Assembly (NCBI GenBank): GCA_964016885.1
Contig: OZ024751.1
Coordinates: forward strand, 32,922,001 to 32,986,000
Source of the DNA: Eledone cirrhosa
Taxonomy: Eukaryota
Direction of reading: 5' to 3'
Length of the DNA: 64,000 nt
Shown here: one piece after another, positions 12,539-25,909 of the stretch
Layout of the letters: each line of letters starts with the position of its first letter
Numbering within the stretch: position 1 is the stretch's first letter
Position numbers and translations under genes: made by a program
Notes under the pieces: model-generated
The model's database searches: none
What the model was told of the DNA's origin: nothing
Seen by the model: only the letters and a program-made list of their open reading frames with translations

Positions 12539-13589
12539 ATACGCCCACTTTTTTCTACTCGGCGTCGTCTTTAAGAAGGGGATTACTTATAATATTACTT
12601 CCTCATCGTAACAATATAATTAACAATGCCAGAATAAAAATAATACGTGCAGCAATATTAGTGAGTTGCAGGTGGCCTTTAAGGTGGCTATATATTTACA
12701 GCTAATGGTTTTAGTTGCTGTGGATACATACTCTCAATGCTAATCAGTACCAAATTACTTTGTAATTATCACTGTTAAAGTCCACTGTTAAATCTGCAGT
12801 TAAAAAGAATAACAGCAATAGCAAACAGGAATGTAGAAAGAAGCTTTAGTTTTAGCTGAGAACGTTATTACTGCAACAGCATTAAAGAAAGAGCGGTTTC
12901 CTGTTGATTATCAAAATCACCCACTTTTAGAACTGAACTGCATTATGATAATGAATGAAACACAAAGACCCGTGACTGCAGTACTATTTTAATGAGTATA
13001 ATTCCACTGTTATGAAGGCATCATGCAAATGAGAGTAATCTCCGGAGAAATAACTCCATAAAAGGAAGTACTTGTTTGAATAATGAAGATCGAAATTATG
13101 ACACTTTGGAAGTTTAAATCAGCATAATTTCACATAAGAAAGTCAAATTGTGTAAATTTGAATAAACATCATTTGATGGTAATCAATGCTAAAAGAAGGT
13201 ATAGATTAAATAGAAATAGATGCTGTCATAAGTTCTTAGTTAAGAATATTTTCAAGACTAAAAGTTATGAATTTATATTTTACTGTTTGTGTTGTCAGAA
13301 ATGCCCCAGCGTTGGCATTAAACCTATTTTATTTATTTGACTATTTATTTATTTTGGGTGAGAGACGTGTACTGCACTAAACTCATACTGACGTTGGCAT
13401 TTATAATCCTTTCTTCTCCTTCCCCACAGCCACATCTTCCCTTCTTTACCCCTTTCCCCTTTTCTCATTACTTGATTTTGTTTTTAAGTTTCTTTTTCAC
13501 ATTGCTGTAATTATCAAAGGTTTTAAGCCAGCTTTTTGAGTCAAACATGTATTGCAAACACATATTTATTTTTATAAACACCATATATT

Positions 13590-13727
13590 GCAAGACCTGG
13601 TAGAGCGTCGGACAAAATGTTTGCTGTAATTGTTTCGACTCGCTACGTTCTGAGTTCAAATCCCGTCAAAAGCAACTTTGTGTTTCATCCTTCCGATGTG
13701 AATGAAATAAAGTATCAGTCCAGTACA
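13590..13727 (+). mobile_element. SINE family A, older diverged copy
   Basis: GGTAGAGCGTCGGAC...CTGAGTTCAAATCCC...TTTCATCCTTCC. Confidence 0.75.
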
Positions 13728-14364
13728 GTTCATTCATATTTTCCCCCTCTCGGGGTTACAATACGTTGGTATTAAAATAATATAAGTAACCTGGCGTAAT
13801 TTTAATCGATTAGAAATCTTCCTTTGAATATGCAGTCAGCTGTGTGCATATGTCTTAGAAATGTTTATTAAATACTGCGCCACACACATCTGAAAGGCAA
13901 TTTTCTATGAAAATAAAGATTTAGATATCCTCAAGCCTTCATATTATTAAGACTAATTCATGAAAGCAAATATAATATAACTAACTTTTCAATCATTTGA
14001 TTTATATAAATAATAACGGTAAGTAGCATTATAAGCTATTACTACATATTGCTACAAGTAATTTATAAAAGTAATATATTCTCAACTCTAACTATATTGA
14101 TCTCACATGTCAGTTAGAAGCAGCGTCTAATTTATTGACGTTCATGGTTGTCATACAGAAATATTATATAAACACAATCGTGAGTGTAATGAGAAGGTAA
14201 TGTCGTTAAAGTTTGAATCTATTTCTAAATGTTATATTTACTTTAACGAGACAATATTACATGGCTACTCATTATGATGATGAGGGTAATGGAAATAGGG
14301 ATGATGATGAAGATGATGATGATGACGATGATCATAAGATTACAAACAATTATAGTAATTGCAA

Positions 14365-14505
14365 TAATTATTATTTCGACTTTTGGCACAAGGCTAGCAA
14401 TTTCAAGGGGAAAGGAAAGTCGAATAAATGTACCCCAATGTGTTACTGGTACTTATATCAACACTGTAGAGGACAAAAGGTAACCACAACGGAATTTGAA
14501 CTCAG
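14365..14505 (-). mobile_element. SINE family A, degenerate copy
   Basis: TTTTGGCACAAGGC.AGCAATT...ACTGGTACTT...GGAATTTGAACTCAG, the reverse complement of family A. Confidence 0.7.
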
Positions 14506-15530
14506 TGACCATTAGTTTCTTTCTTGTGGCCACTAAGGCCGAAAACATTAAGGACAATAGAAGAAACATGGCCACTGGGGATTTACATATAACCAGACAT
14601 GAAAGAAAGAGAACAGGTAACAGAAAACGGCTTATAATAACAAAATAGATTAAAGGAGGGGAGCAAAAGCCGGGGTTAATTTAGTAAATATACTGAACAG
14701 AAACCAACGTTGTCGCAAATAACACCATAAAAAGGTGCTTCTCTCCTCTCTCAGTGTTATCTTTACTGCAGACGTATACAGAGTTACATTAAACCAAAAG
14801 GATGCAAACGTGGAAGAATAGGAACAACATTAACAGAAATACAATTCTTACTACTACGCCTAAAAATATTAATGATTAGTCAACAAAATAATAAAATAAC
14901 CAGAACCATCGCACTATTATATGATGATGACTCTACAAAGACACATCTATAAATAATTGTTTCCTGCATAAAATGTTAACAGACGTCTGTCGGTCAGATG
15001 TATTTTTCACCATATTCTTTCATATTTCATCTGAGTGATATAACTTAATTAACTGTATTGACACTCAAAATATTGCTTCTCACTAACTAGTCCGTCTCAT
15101 TTCCACAATTCTCTCTATTCAGTTTTTTCTATAAATTTATCGTATTTTTTTATTTCGTCTATATTATATAGCATTTATTGAACAATACCATCATTGGTTA
15201 AAACTGATCACTGTTTCACTATTTCTGACTGTGAAACTAATAAGACGGAGTGTTTTTAACTCAAGGCAGAACTAATTGTTTAACCCTATTTTCCATTATT
15301 CCTCTGAATATAAACTATTATAATGCTGACACGGTGGTACACCACATTCAGAGGTATTTTTAGTCAGTCATAGTGACTTAAGTAATCATGTATCTCAGGA
15401 ACTTATTTTACAGTTTCGCCAAGCTACCATTCTGACACAACATTGGCTTTGATTTAACTGCTGTTTTTATATAAACACAAACTCACACACACACACACTA
15501 TGAAAATATTTTGATTTGTGTCTACTCACC

Positions 15531-15615
15531 TGTCTGATGAGCAGATTGCTACTAGAGTCCGGTCTATCATAGTGATAAAGATCCGGAGCCGATCATCAGT
15601 GAAATATATGTAATG
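15531..15615 (+). ncRNA. Degenerate minimal hammerhead ribozyme candidate
   Basis: CTGATGA at 15534-40, long imperfect stem II, GAAA-T-atat-GTA at 15601-12. Stem I is weak. Confidence 0.4.
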
Positions 15616-17528
15616 TTCGATATGCAGCAACAGCATTTTAATGTGAAAGCTATTACACACACACATATAACTATATGCCAAATATAGCAATGTTGGATTG
15701 AACCATGAGCTTATATTTTCGAAAAGAAATTATTAACCATTCCCCCATGTCTGCGTTAAACAATGCTACATTGGAAATAACAAAAAATAGAAAGATGCTC
15801 TGAGGCATCAAAATCTCTCTCTATTAATAAAACTGAATAGAGTCTTAGTAACCTATTCAGAACATGTTAGAAAATTGTGAGCTCTGGAAAGTATAAGACT
15901 ACCTTAGACTACATGCTTTCTTGTACAAACAGTAACAGACCTAGTTCTAGGTTGAAAAGAAAACATATATAATATCCAGTAATTATTTTTGGTCGATGAA
16001 TTTATAAACTAACAGCAAATCATACACATTTCTTCTCCCAGTTGGGTTGACTTAACCTCCTGCATACAAGTAAACATATCCTCTGTTTAGGTTCCATACA
16101 ACCACAAAACATCAGTGATTATATTTATATACATACGAATATATACGAATATTTGATAACTGCCTAAAGACATCTTGGAATGAATTTACAATCAAATTAT
16201 TAGTGAAAAGCCGAGGTAAATGTCAGAATCTCATTCCGAATAGTTAAATCGTTTTAGAAAAGCGTCGATAAATGGTGGATTTATAATGAACTCCAAAATA
16301 AGTTTAGTGTATTAAGAAGGATTTGTAGGAGCAGAAATATAACACTGTTTTAGATAGAAGCACTACAGGGATGCTGTGGAGATCAAGAAATCTAGTTTGT
16401 GTCCGGGAGGAATCTTATAAGCGAGCTAAAACTTCATTTACATCGTTTTGTAACAAAATAAAACCGAACTATAAACCGTTATACATACTAAAATCAGTTT
16501 AAGATACATAGTGGAAATTGATTTTTAGCATAGAGAACAGCAAAACGTTGCTAAATCTCTCATAATTTTAAACTAGAGAAACGTCGTCTAAATTGCAATT
16601 TTCGTTATATTTCAAGCAGTATAAAGAAAAAAATGAGGAAATGACATAGAAAGTTCCAATTAATTATTTTTGTGCTAACGAAAATATAATATATTCATGT
16701 GCCTAGAAGAATATTTAATCTTAATAGATTTAACTGTTTTACACTTTCAATTACTTTAAAGATACTGGTTTGACTTATAAATCACGTTATAAACTATATA
16801 TCTTTGATTTAGATAACTTCAAATATTTCTCAAATGGCTTAAATCGAAAATCTTCTTTCCTCACCACCCGCTAGATGTCGCTATATATTTTCTTTCGTTT
16901 GTGATTTATTAGATAACGATTGATCGTTATCCGATGAATGAAAATAAACTTCAAATCATTAATCTTTCGCCATCACGCTAGTGAAAGATTTACTGACGTT
17001 TACTATTTTAACTTTTTGTTGTTCTTTCCTGAAACCATTGCCTGGTCAAACTTTCAATGTCTTTCATACATATTTTCATTCTTTCTTGTTTTTGTCTGTT
17101 TTTAATTTCTAATCTTTCAATCTTTTTTTTTTTTTTGTTTTTCTCTCATTTCCCAAACGTTCAAATAAATGCCAGTTCGCTCTATAATTAATACGATTTA
17201 CCACATAAGAAATAGAAATTAACAAATATTGATTATTTTTATTTAAATAGACAAAAGATGAATATTCGTCGGGGAATTGTATTGCCAAAAAGGATTACTA
17301 ATATTGATTTTTACCAATTCTTGATTAAAAAAAACCCAAAAAACTGGAAGGCGAAGTCAATCTAGGGGTATTGTTACTGAGTGTTGTAAACGAAAATAAA
17401 CCCATCTAACTGTGTTTATGGTAATGTTTGACGAGTTTCTAATTCCTGTAAATTGCCCCTATTTGAGGACAAGGCATGGAAGAACCTGTTGTCCTTTAAT
17501 AGAGTTGTCAGAGTTCCAACAAAAATAC

Positions 17529-17983
17529 CTTGTAGTCACAGTCTGATTTCGAATTCCATCGACATCAAATGTTTCCGTCGCCCAGATATCAATAAAGAGG
17601 TAGTCATCATCATCATCATCAATATCATGATCATCAAATCTGCTTCCAAATTTGAACAGCCAGAATAATATACCACAGGTTCTACCAATTTCATCTTTCA
17701 TTTCACTATCCTCGACTACTGCTGTATTTTACTGACACAGAAAGGATCAGAGAAAAGATTTACCTTGGTGGAACTTGAACTCAAAATAAATAATAGTGGG
17801 GTCTTGGAAGTTAAAAACAGGAATCTTTCTACCACAATATATGTAATACACAGGGAACAACCTCGGCAAAAATAAATATAGAAATAGATAAAATATGGCA
17901 CAAAGAAACAGTATTGTTTCAGACCTTGGTGGAAGCTGTTTAGCTTCAGTTACACTAATACATGTTGAGGTTGGCTTGAACAT
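17529..17983 (-). pseudogene. LicD/FKRP-like nucleotidyltransferase, 5' part (disrupted)
   Basis: N-terminal hydrophobic anchor ILFLCAIFYLFLYLFL, then DPFCVSKIQQ (different frame), GILFWLFKFGS, DHDID (DxD) and FIDIW in LicD order. Donor AAG|GTATTT at 17529/17528. In-frame stops and a TGAAA duplication near 17700. Confidence 0.5.
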
Positions 17984-18425
17984 CCAATCCTCATATACCC
18001 TATGAAACCTTTATTAAAAGAAACCAGAGGTAAATCCAACCACCTCCACCTCAAACATTCCTATATAACTCCATGTTGGCTTTAAGTTCAGAATATAGAA
18101 AGACAGAAAATATCAGATAATATATTCTATTCTGAGATTTGCTACTATGAGTATCATCCTTAATTTCTAAAAGAACATTCTTATTTTCTCAAGACGTTTT
18201 ACCCATAATCTTATTTAAGATATTTTAATTCCTCTAAATATTGGTTTGTAAATAATATTTCGTGAGCCAGAAATTCTTAAATTTTCAATTTAGGGGATTA
18301 GGGTTAATAATTGTTTAAGTAAAACACACACACACTTCTTCAGTAGACCAATCATATTGGTCTACTGAGGTTGCTAAGGAAGAAAATTGTCCAAAGTACT
18401 GCCAAGCGAAACTGAACCCCAAACC

Positions 18426-18429
<4 letters not shown>

Positions 18430-18473
<44 letters not shown>

Positions 18474-18504
18474 CTTAATATATATATATATATATATATA
18501 TTAC

Positions 18505-18543
<39 letters not shown>

Positions 18544-18752
18544 CTTAATATATATACATATATATAATATACATACATATATATATATAATATACATACA
18601 TATATATATATAATATACATACATATATATATATAATATACATACATATATATATATAATATACATACATATATATATAATATACATACATATATATATA
18701 ATATACATACATATATATATAATATACATACACATATATACATATATATATA
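18430..18752. repeat. (TA)n with three TTACTTAA interruptions and a ~20-bp TATAATATACATACATA minisatellite
   Basis: Direct inspection. Confidence 0.9.
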
Positions 18753-18786
18753 ATCATAAATATGGAGAGAGACATACTTGGAGAAT

Positions 18787-18822
<36 letters not shown>

Positions 18823-19283
18823 CAGAGAGAGACAGAGAGAGAGAGACCATTTTGTATTCCTGGTCAGACTTCCGGCTTAATAAACCTGAAAATTTAGAAT
18901 TTGGAACTGTTCCAATATATGTGAGTGCAGATGGAAATAGTCTAACTTGAAGCAACCACATAATGCCATGTAGCACTTAAGCATAAATTGTCATGTAGCA
19001 CTTAAGCAAAGGAGATTCGATTGAGACTACTTTCAAGTGCTAGGAAATATCTTGAGACTAATGAAAGGATATGTTAAATAAGGGAGTACGAGACAACAAG
19101 CGGAAATAAGCAAATTTGGATAGAATTTTGAGATAGCCTAATCAGGGACAGCGGTATGTAGAAATCATCTGTATCGAATTCCATGAAACATATTTATAGA
19201 TTTAACTTAAAGTTTTGGCAATGCCTACAACTTAAAAAAAAAATAAAAGATTTTAAAAATTCTCTTTTCATATAAACAAATAA

Positions 19284-19470
19284 AATAATTATTTCTACTT
19301 TTGGCCCAAGGCCAGCAATTACCCCAGTGCATTACTGGTACTTTATTTTATAGACCCCGTAAGGATGAAAGGCAAAATTAACCTCGGCGGGATTTGAACT
19401 CAGATCATAAAGGGCCGTAACTCTATGCTGCAAAGCATGGCGTTGGACCCTCTAATGATACTGCCAAATC
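19284..19470 (-). mobile_element. SINE family A (young, near full length)
   Basis: Reverse complement closely matches the copies at 35163 and 45701. Confidence 0.92.
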
Positions 19471-19530
19471 AAATAAAATAATAAGTTCAAGAAGCTGGGG
19501 GAAAAAACATCGAAGATCCCTCAGCAGCCA

Positions 19531-19740
19531 TAATAATTGTTTCTAATGTAGGAACAATGCCAGTAAGGTTGGATGGTGGGTTATATCGATCCGAGGGCTG
19601 AGAGGTACTTTATTTTATCGATTTGGGAAGGATGAAAGACAAAGTTGACCTCGGTGGGATTTGATCTCAGAACTTAAAGATCCGGAAGAAACTCAACCAA
19701 GGAATCCTTTTTGTCAGATACTCTATCGATTCTGCCAATA
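19531..19740 (-). mobile_element. SINE family A, older subfamily
   Basis: GGTACTTTATTTTATCGA...GGATGAAAGACAAAGTTGACCTCGGTGGGATTTGA...TTCTGCCA. Confidence 0.8.
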
Positions 19741-19984
19741 CAACCAAGTTCCGGAAGACTTAATATTGGTAGTTAAGTGTGGATGAGTCGACGCTTGAAT
19801 TTATAATGAAGGAACAAAAGAAAAATGAAACAAAGCAAGAATATATGACAACTTGTTGAATGAGTATGAAGAGATAGTTGAAGGCATGATATAAAGTGCT
19901 AATGAGTTTTCTATTAATTTCGAAAGTAATCAAGTATCTGAAAAGATTCCGTAAATTACGACAAGTGGTCATTATAAAGCTAAT

Positions 19985-20208
19985 GAAGGTGGTGTATTGG
20001 GTGTGTAGGGCGTTGGATAGATGCTTTACCACATATAGTTAAGGGACTTAACTATATGTTCTGAGTTCAAATCCTGTCGAGGTTAGCTTTACCTTTCATC
20101 CTTACGGGGTCGATAAACTAAAGTACCAGTAATACACTATGATCAATTTAATCGATTTTCCTCGTCCTTTCAAATTGCTGGTCTTGTATCAAATGTGAAA
20201 ACAATTTT
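19985..20208 (+). mobile_element. SINE family A, older subfamily
   Basis: B-box, core and 3' TTGCTGGTCTTGT segment present. Confidence 0.8.
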
Positions 20209-21609
20209 GAAAAGCTAGGGTATGAAAGAGAATTTACCGAAATATCTTAACGTGTGATGTATGATTTGGCATTAACTATATACATCTTCAAATAGACAGT
20301 TTGTATTAGAACTAATGTTGGGCAGTTTAATATGAAAGGGTTTAAATAGTTGGTTTAAAGAGGTTAGTTATTCCTTGGCAATAATCCTTAATGAAGTGGT
20401 ATTCTATATTTCGCGATGCACAGAGGGTGGTGATCCAATAACAAGTACAGAATGAGTGAGTGGCAAGACGAGAATTCAAATGAAAATCTATCCATCTATC
20501 TACCACTGTCTCTTTCTTTCTCAGTAGCTAGGTTTCTTGAATCTCTCTCTCTCTCACACACACACATTTAATATAGGCCTATGCTCCGACATAAACCAAT
20601 TCCTTTTCTATGTGATTGGTGCAATCCTTTATTATCTTCGTCTTAATAATTATATTTATATTTCTCCGAATAATTCTTATCATTTTGTTTCATAAATATT
20701 TTCTACTGTATCTCTGGGTATCAACAGCGAATGTATTTGATGCCCTTATCTGCTCCGTATAAGAAGTCCCGTATAATTCTTTGTTAGATTTTTATAAAAT
20801 TTTTTCTACATTTTAATCTCGTAATATTTTCATTTTTAAAAATATTTAATGACCTATAATTCATATTCTTTCTTGTAACTTGATACCGAATAATGACTGG
20901 TTACTATTTAAGTAAAAAAAAAAAATGTATTTATAAATATCTTCCTTTATGAATATTTGTGTATTTATGTATATTTATAGTTTGTGTATAATTGTAGGCT
21001 TGGATGTTGAAGTACTAACATCTCATTTATCCTAATGTATACATTTATGGAGATAAATGTATGCGTGTGTGTGTGTAAAGTGGGAAAGAAAGAAATATAT
21101 GTGCATATATAGTTATATAGCACTCTATATATATATATATACTATGTTATGTTTATGTAAATATATATTTATTGGTATTTGATTTCTAGTATTGCCCTTA
21201 GTTTCGTATCTACTGAAATTTAGACATTTTCATAAAAATAAATTTGATGATTATTGTACGTTGATTTCTAACCATAAACTTGCTTAAATATTTTAATAGC
21301 TACTTTATTAAAATGTATTTACTCTCATAGAAATACTTTTATTCTAGCTTCGTTCATTCTTCAACATTTCTCCCCGTCTCTATAATACATGTCACAAAAT
21401 CGCTTTGAATTTCTCTCCCTCTCTTCCTGATAAGTAATGCATAGATTTACCTCCATATACTGGAATCATACTTACTGAGAAACTTGACTAAGCCTTCTAT
21501 TGCATTCATTTGTGGAAACGTATGTAAGAAAAGTAAAAATACATTTTAAATCCCGTCTGAAATCTTACATTTATTCTTTATATATGTGTTTAAATGTATA
21601 TAGGCAGGT

Positions 21610-24345
21610 ATGTATGTATATATATATACATTATATATATACATACATACATATACATACATACATATACATACATACATATACATTATATATATACATA
21701 CATACATATACATTATATATATATACATACATATACATTATATATATATACATACATATACATTATATATATATATATATACATACATATACATTATATA
21801 TATATATATATATACATACATATACATTATATATATATATATATACATACATATACATTATATATATATATATACATACATATACATTATATATATATAT
21901 ATACATACACATACATTATATATATATATATACATACATATACATTATATATATATATATACATACACATACATTATATATATATATATACATACATTAT
22001 ACATATATATATACATACATATACATTATATATATATATACATACATATACATTATATATATATATACATACATATACATTATATATATATATACATACA
22101 TATACATTATATATATATATACATACATATACATTATATATATATATACATACATATACATTATATATATATATACATACATATACATTATATATATATA
22201 TACATACATATACATTATATATATATATACATACATATACATTATATATATATATACATACATATACATTATATATATATATACATACATATACATTATA
22301 TATATATATACATACATATACATTATATATATATATACATACATATACATTATATATATATATACATACATATACATTATATATATATATACATACATAT
22401 ACATTATATATATATATACATACATATACATTATATATATATATATACATACATATACATTATATATATATATACATACATATACATTATATATATATAT
22501 ATACATACATATACATTATATATATATATACATACATATACATTATATATATATATACATACATATACATTATATATATATATATACATACATATACATT
22601 ATATATATATATATACATACACATACATTATATATATATATATACATACACATACATTATATATATATATATACATACACATACATTATATATATATATA
22701 TACATACACATACATTATATATATATATATACATACACATACATTATATATATATATATACATACACATACATTATATATATATATATACATACACATAC
22801 ATTATATATATATATATACATACATATACATTATATATATATATATACATACATATACATTATATATATATATACATACATATACATTATATATATATAT
22901 ACATACATATACATTATATATATATATACATACATATACATTATATATATATATACATACATATACATTATATATATATATACATACATATACATTATAT
23001 ATATATATACATACATATACATTATATATATATATACATATACATTATATATATATATACATACATATACATTATATATATATATACATACATATACATT
23101 ATATATATATATACATACATATACATTATATATATATATACATACATATACATTATATATATATATACATACATATACATTATATATATATATACATACA
23201 TATACATTATATATATATATACATACATATACATTATATATATATATACATACATATACATTATATATATATATACATACATATACATTATATATATATA
23301 TACATACATATACATTATATATATATATACATACATATACATTATATATATATATACATACATATACATTATATATATATATACATACATATACATTATA
23401 TATATATATACATACATATACATTATATATATATATATACATTATATATATATATATACATATACATTATATATATATATATACATTATATATATATATA
23501 TACATATACATTATATATATATATATACATATACATTATATATATATATATACATATACATTATATATATATATACATATACATTATATATATATATATA
23601 CATATACATTATATATATATATATACATATACATTATATATATATATATACATATACATTATATATATATATATACATATACATTATATATATATATATA
23701 CATACATAATATATATATATACATACATAATATATATATATGCATACATAATATATATATATGCATACATAATATATATATATACATACATATACATATA
23801 TATACATACATATACATATATATACATACATATACATTATATATATATATATATATATACATATACATTATATATATATATATATACACATATACATTAT
23901 ATATATATATATATACACATATACATTATATACATACACATTATATATATATACATACACATTATATATATATATACATATACATTATATATATATATAC
24001 ATATACATTATATATATATATACATACATATACATTATATATATATATACATACATATACATTATATATATATATACATACATATACATTATATATATAT
24101 ATACATACATATACATTATATATATATATACATACACATTATATATATATATACATACACATTATATATATATATATATACATATACATTATATATATAT
24201 ATACATATACATTATATATATATATATACATACACATTATATATATATATATACATACACATTATATATATATATATACATACACATTATATATATATAT
24301 ACATACATTATATATATATATATATATATATACGTATATATATAT
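21610..24345. repeat. ~2.7-kb satellite, ~27-bp unit CATT(AT)nACATACATATA
   Basis: The regular unit gives the 9-aa periodicity of the spurious ORFs. Unit variants occur in blocks. Confidence 0.95.
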
Positions 24346-24543
24346 ACATATATATATTTATCTATACACACACACACACATATATATATCAATTTTGAGT
24401 ATATGTTGGTTGTATACCGACACCTCAGTATGCAGATTGGAGCACTCGACGAAGTACGCAGGTTGGTTTGGTTACTCCGGAGTAATGTAAAATAAAGTAA
24501 TTAAGTCAAATATTTAAGATTTGGCTTCGCTTATTAAAGATGT

Positions 24544-24602
24544 ACTGCTATATATATATATATCGATGACAGTCATCATTAGCTGTAACCTCTTCAGGCA
24601 GT
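24544..24602 (-). ncRNA. Hammerhead ribozyme remnant with (TA)n stem III and GAAA>GATA core change
   Basis: Minus strand reads actgc-CTGAAGA-ggttacag..ctgtcatc-GATA-tatatatata-TA-gcagt. Stem I 5 bp perfect, stem II 7 of 8 pairs. Confidence 0.65.
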
Positions 24603-24827
24603 TCGAATTGGTGTGCTAGAGACAGGTACACATGTTGTTAAAGTGTTTTACTCCGTCAATACTCCGAAATGTCCACCTCCTGGTTGGGTTGTTATTTCTC
24701 TGAGGAACTGGAATCATATGAATTCGAACAAACAAATTTCGGCATCATAGGACACTCTCTCCTCCCATTGGTCAGTTGTGAGAACATCCTCAGAGAAATA
24801 ACAAAGAGAGTAAATAAATGACAGCAT

Positions 24828-24859
<32 letters not shown>

Positions 24860-24867
24860 ATAAATTA

Positions 24868-24910
<43 letters not shown>

Positions 24911-24914
24911 CGAC

Positions 24915-25102
24915 GGCGGTGAATTGGCAGTATGGGTAGAGGGTCGGACGCCATGCTTTCTAGCATAGTTACGTCCCTTTACAGTCTGAGTTCAAATCCC
25001 ACCGAGATCAACTTTGCCTTTCATCGTTACGGTGTCGATAAAATAAAGTACCAGTAATGTACTGGATAATTGCTGGCCTTGTGTCTAAAGTAGAAACAAT
25101 TA
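24915..25102 (+). mobile_element. SINE family A (young, full length)
   Basis: GGCGGTGAATTGGCAG head, B-box, core and GTAGAAACAATTA tail. Confidence 0.93.
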
Positions 25103-25211
25103 TATATATATAATGCTGCCATTTATTTACTCTCTTTTCACCCATATCACTATCGTCAATTTTTATACGTATGTTTTTCTAATATTTCCGAGAATACTAG
25201 AGGGTGACAAA

Positions 25212-25606
25212 TGTAAGGATTCTTTGGTCATCCTTCATATTTTTATATTCCTTCTGATTTCATTAGCACTAAGAACATTCCTTTGATATTTTCTGTATGA
25301 AGTTGATATATAAGAGAGTCAGCTGAAGGAAGCTTGTCAATCCTAGAGCCATTTATGGAGGTCCTCTTGTACAACCTCCATTGAAGTAGAGATATATCTA
25401 GCAAGATTTTGTGAATATTGCAAATAATATCCGCATGTATGTTTCGAGTCCATAAACAATAAATATATACGTGTATTATAAAAGTATCGATTATTTCGAC
25501 ATTGAAACTTATTGCCTGCATTACACCTATGTCTTTTCATACTTCACAATATAGTATTTGGTTTGGCTTTCACTATTTCAGATAATCGCCTCAGTTCGGT
25601 GTGACA
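25212..25606 (+). mobile_element. Probable solo LTR
   Basis: TGT...ACA termini. TATATAA near 25306 is followed by AATAAA near 25458. Flanks CAAA/GAAA could be a 4-bp TSD with 1 mismatch. Confidence 0.5.
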
Positions 25607-25736
25607 GAAAAGAGAAGTGTGAAGATGGAGAACGATATATATATATATAGGAATAGTATCGTGAATATATATATATAAACATAGGAAAATTATCGTAAAT
25701 ATAAATATATATATATCAACTTCATATATATATATC

Positions 25737-25909
25737 GATCGACTTTCATCAAATCGGACCGAGAAAACAATGTTTTCGTCGGTCTTTCCAGCTGCTAATA
25801 CTATCTATCGATAGCAACTCCAAGTAGAAGGAGCAACGTGAAATAAAGTGTCTTGCTCAAGGACATAATGCATCGCCCGATCTAGAAATCTAACTCACAA
25901 CCTCACGAT
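25737..25909 (-). mobile_element. tRNA-derived SINE family B (head truncated)
   Basis: High similarity to 46979-47197 (GGAGCAACGTGAAATAAAGTGTCTTGCTCAAGGACA). Confidence 0.88.

Noticed and set aside
21500-24490. ORFs of up to 996 aa rich in I/Y/H/T
   Set aside because: Translations of a TA-rich satellite, open in several frames at once.
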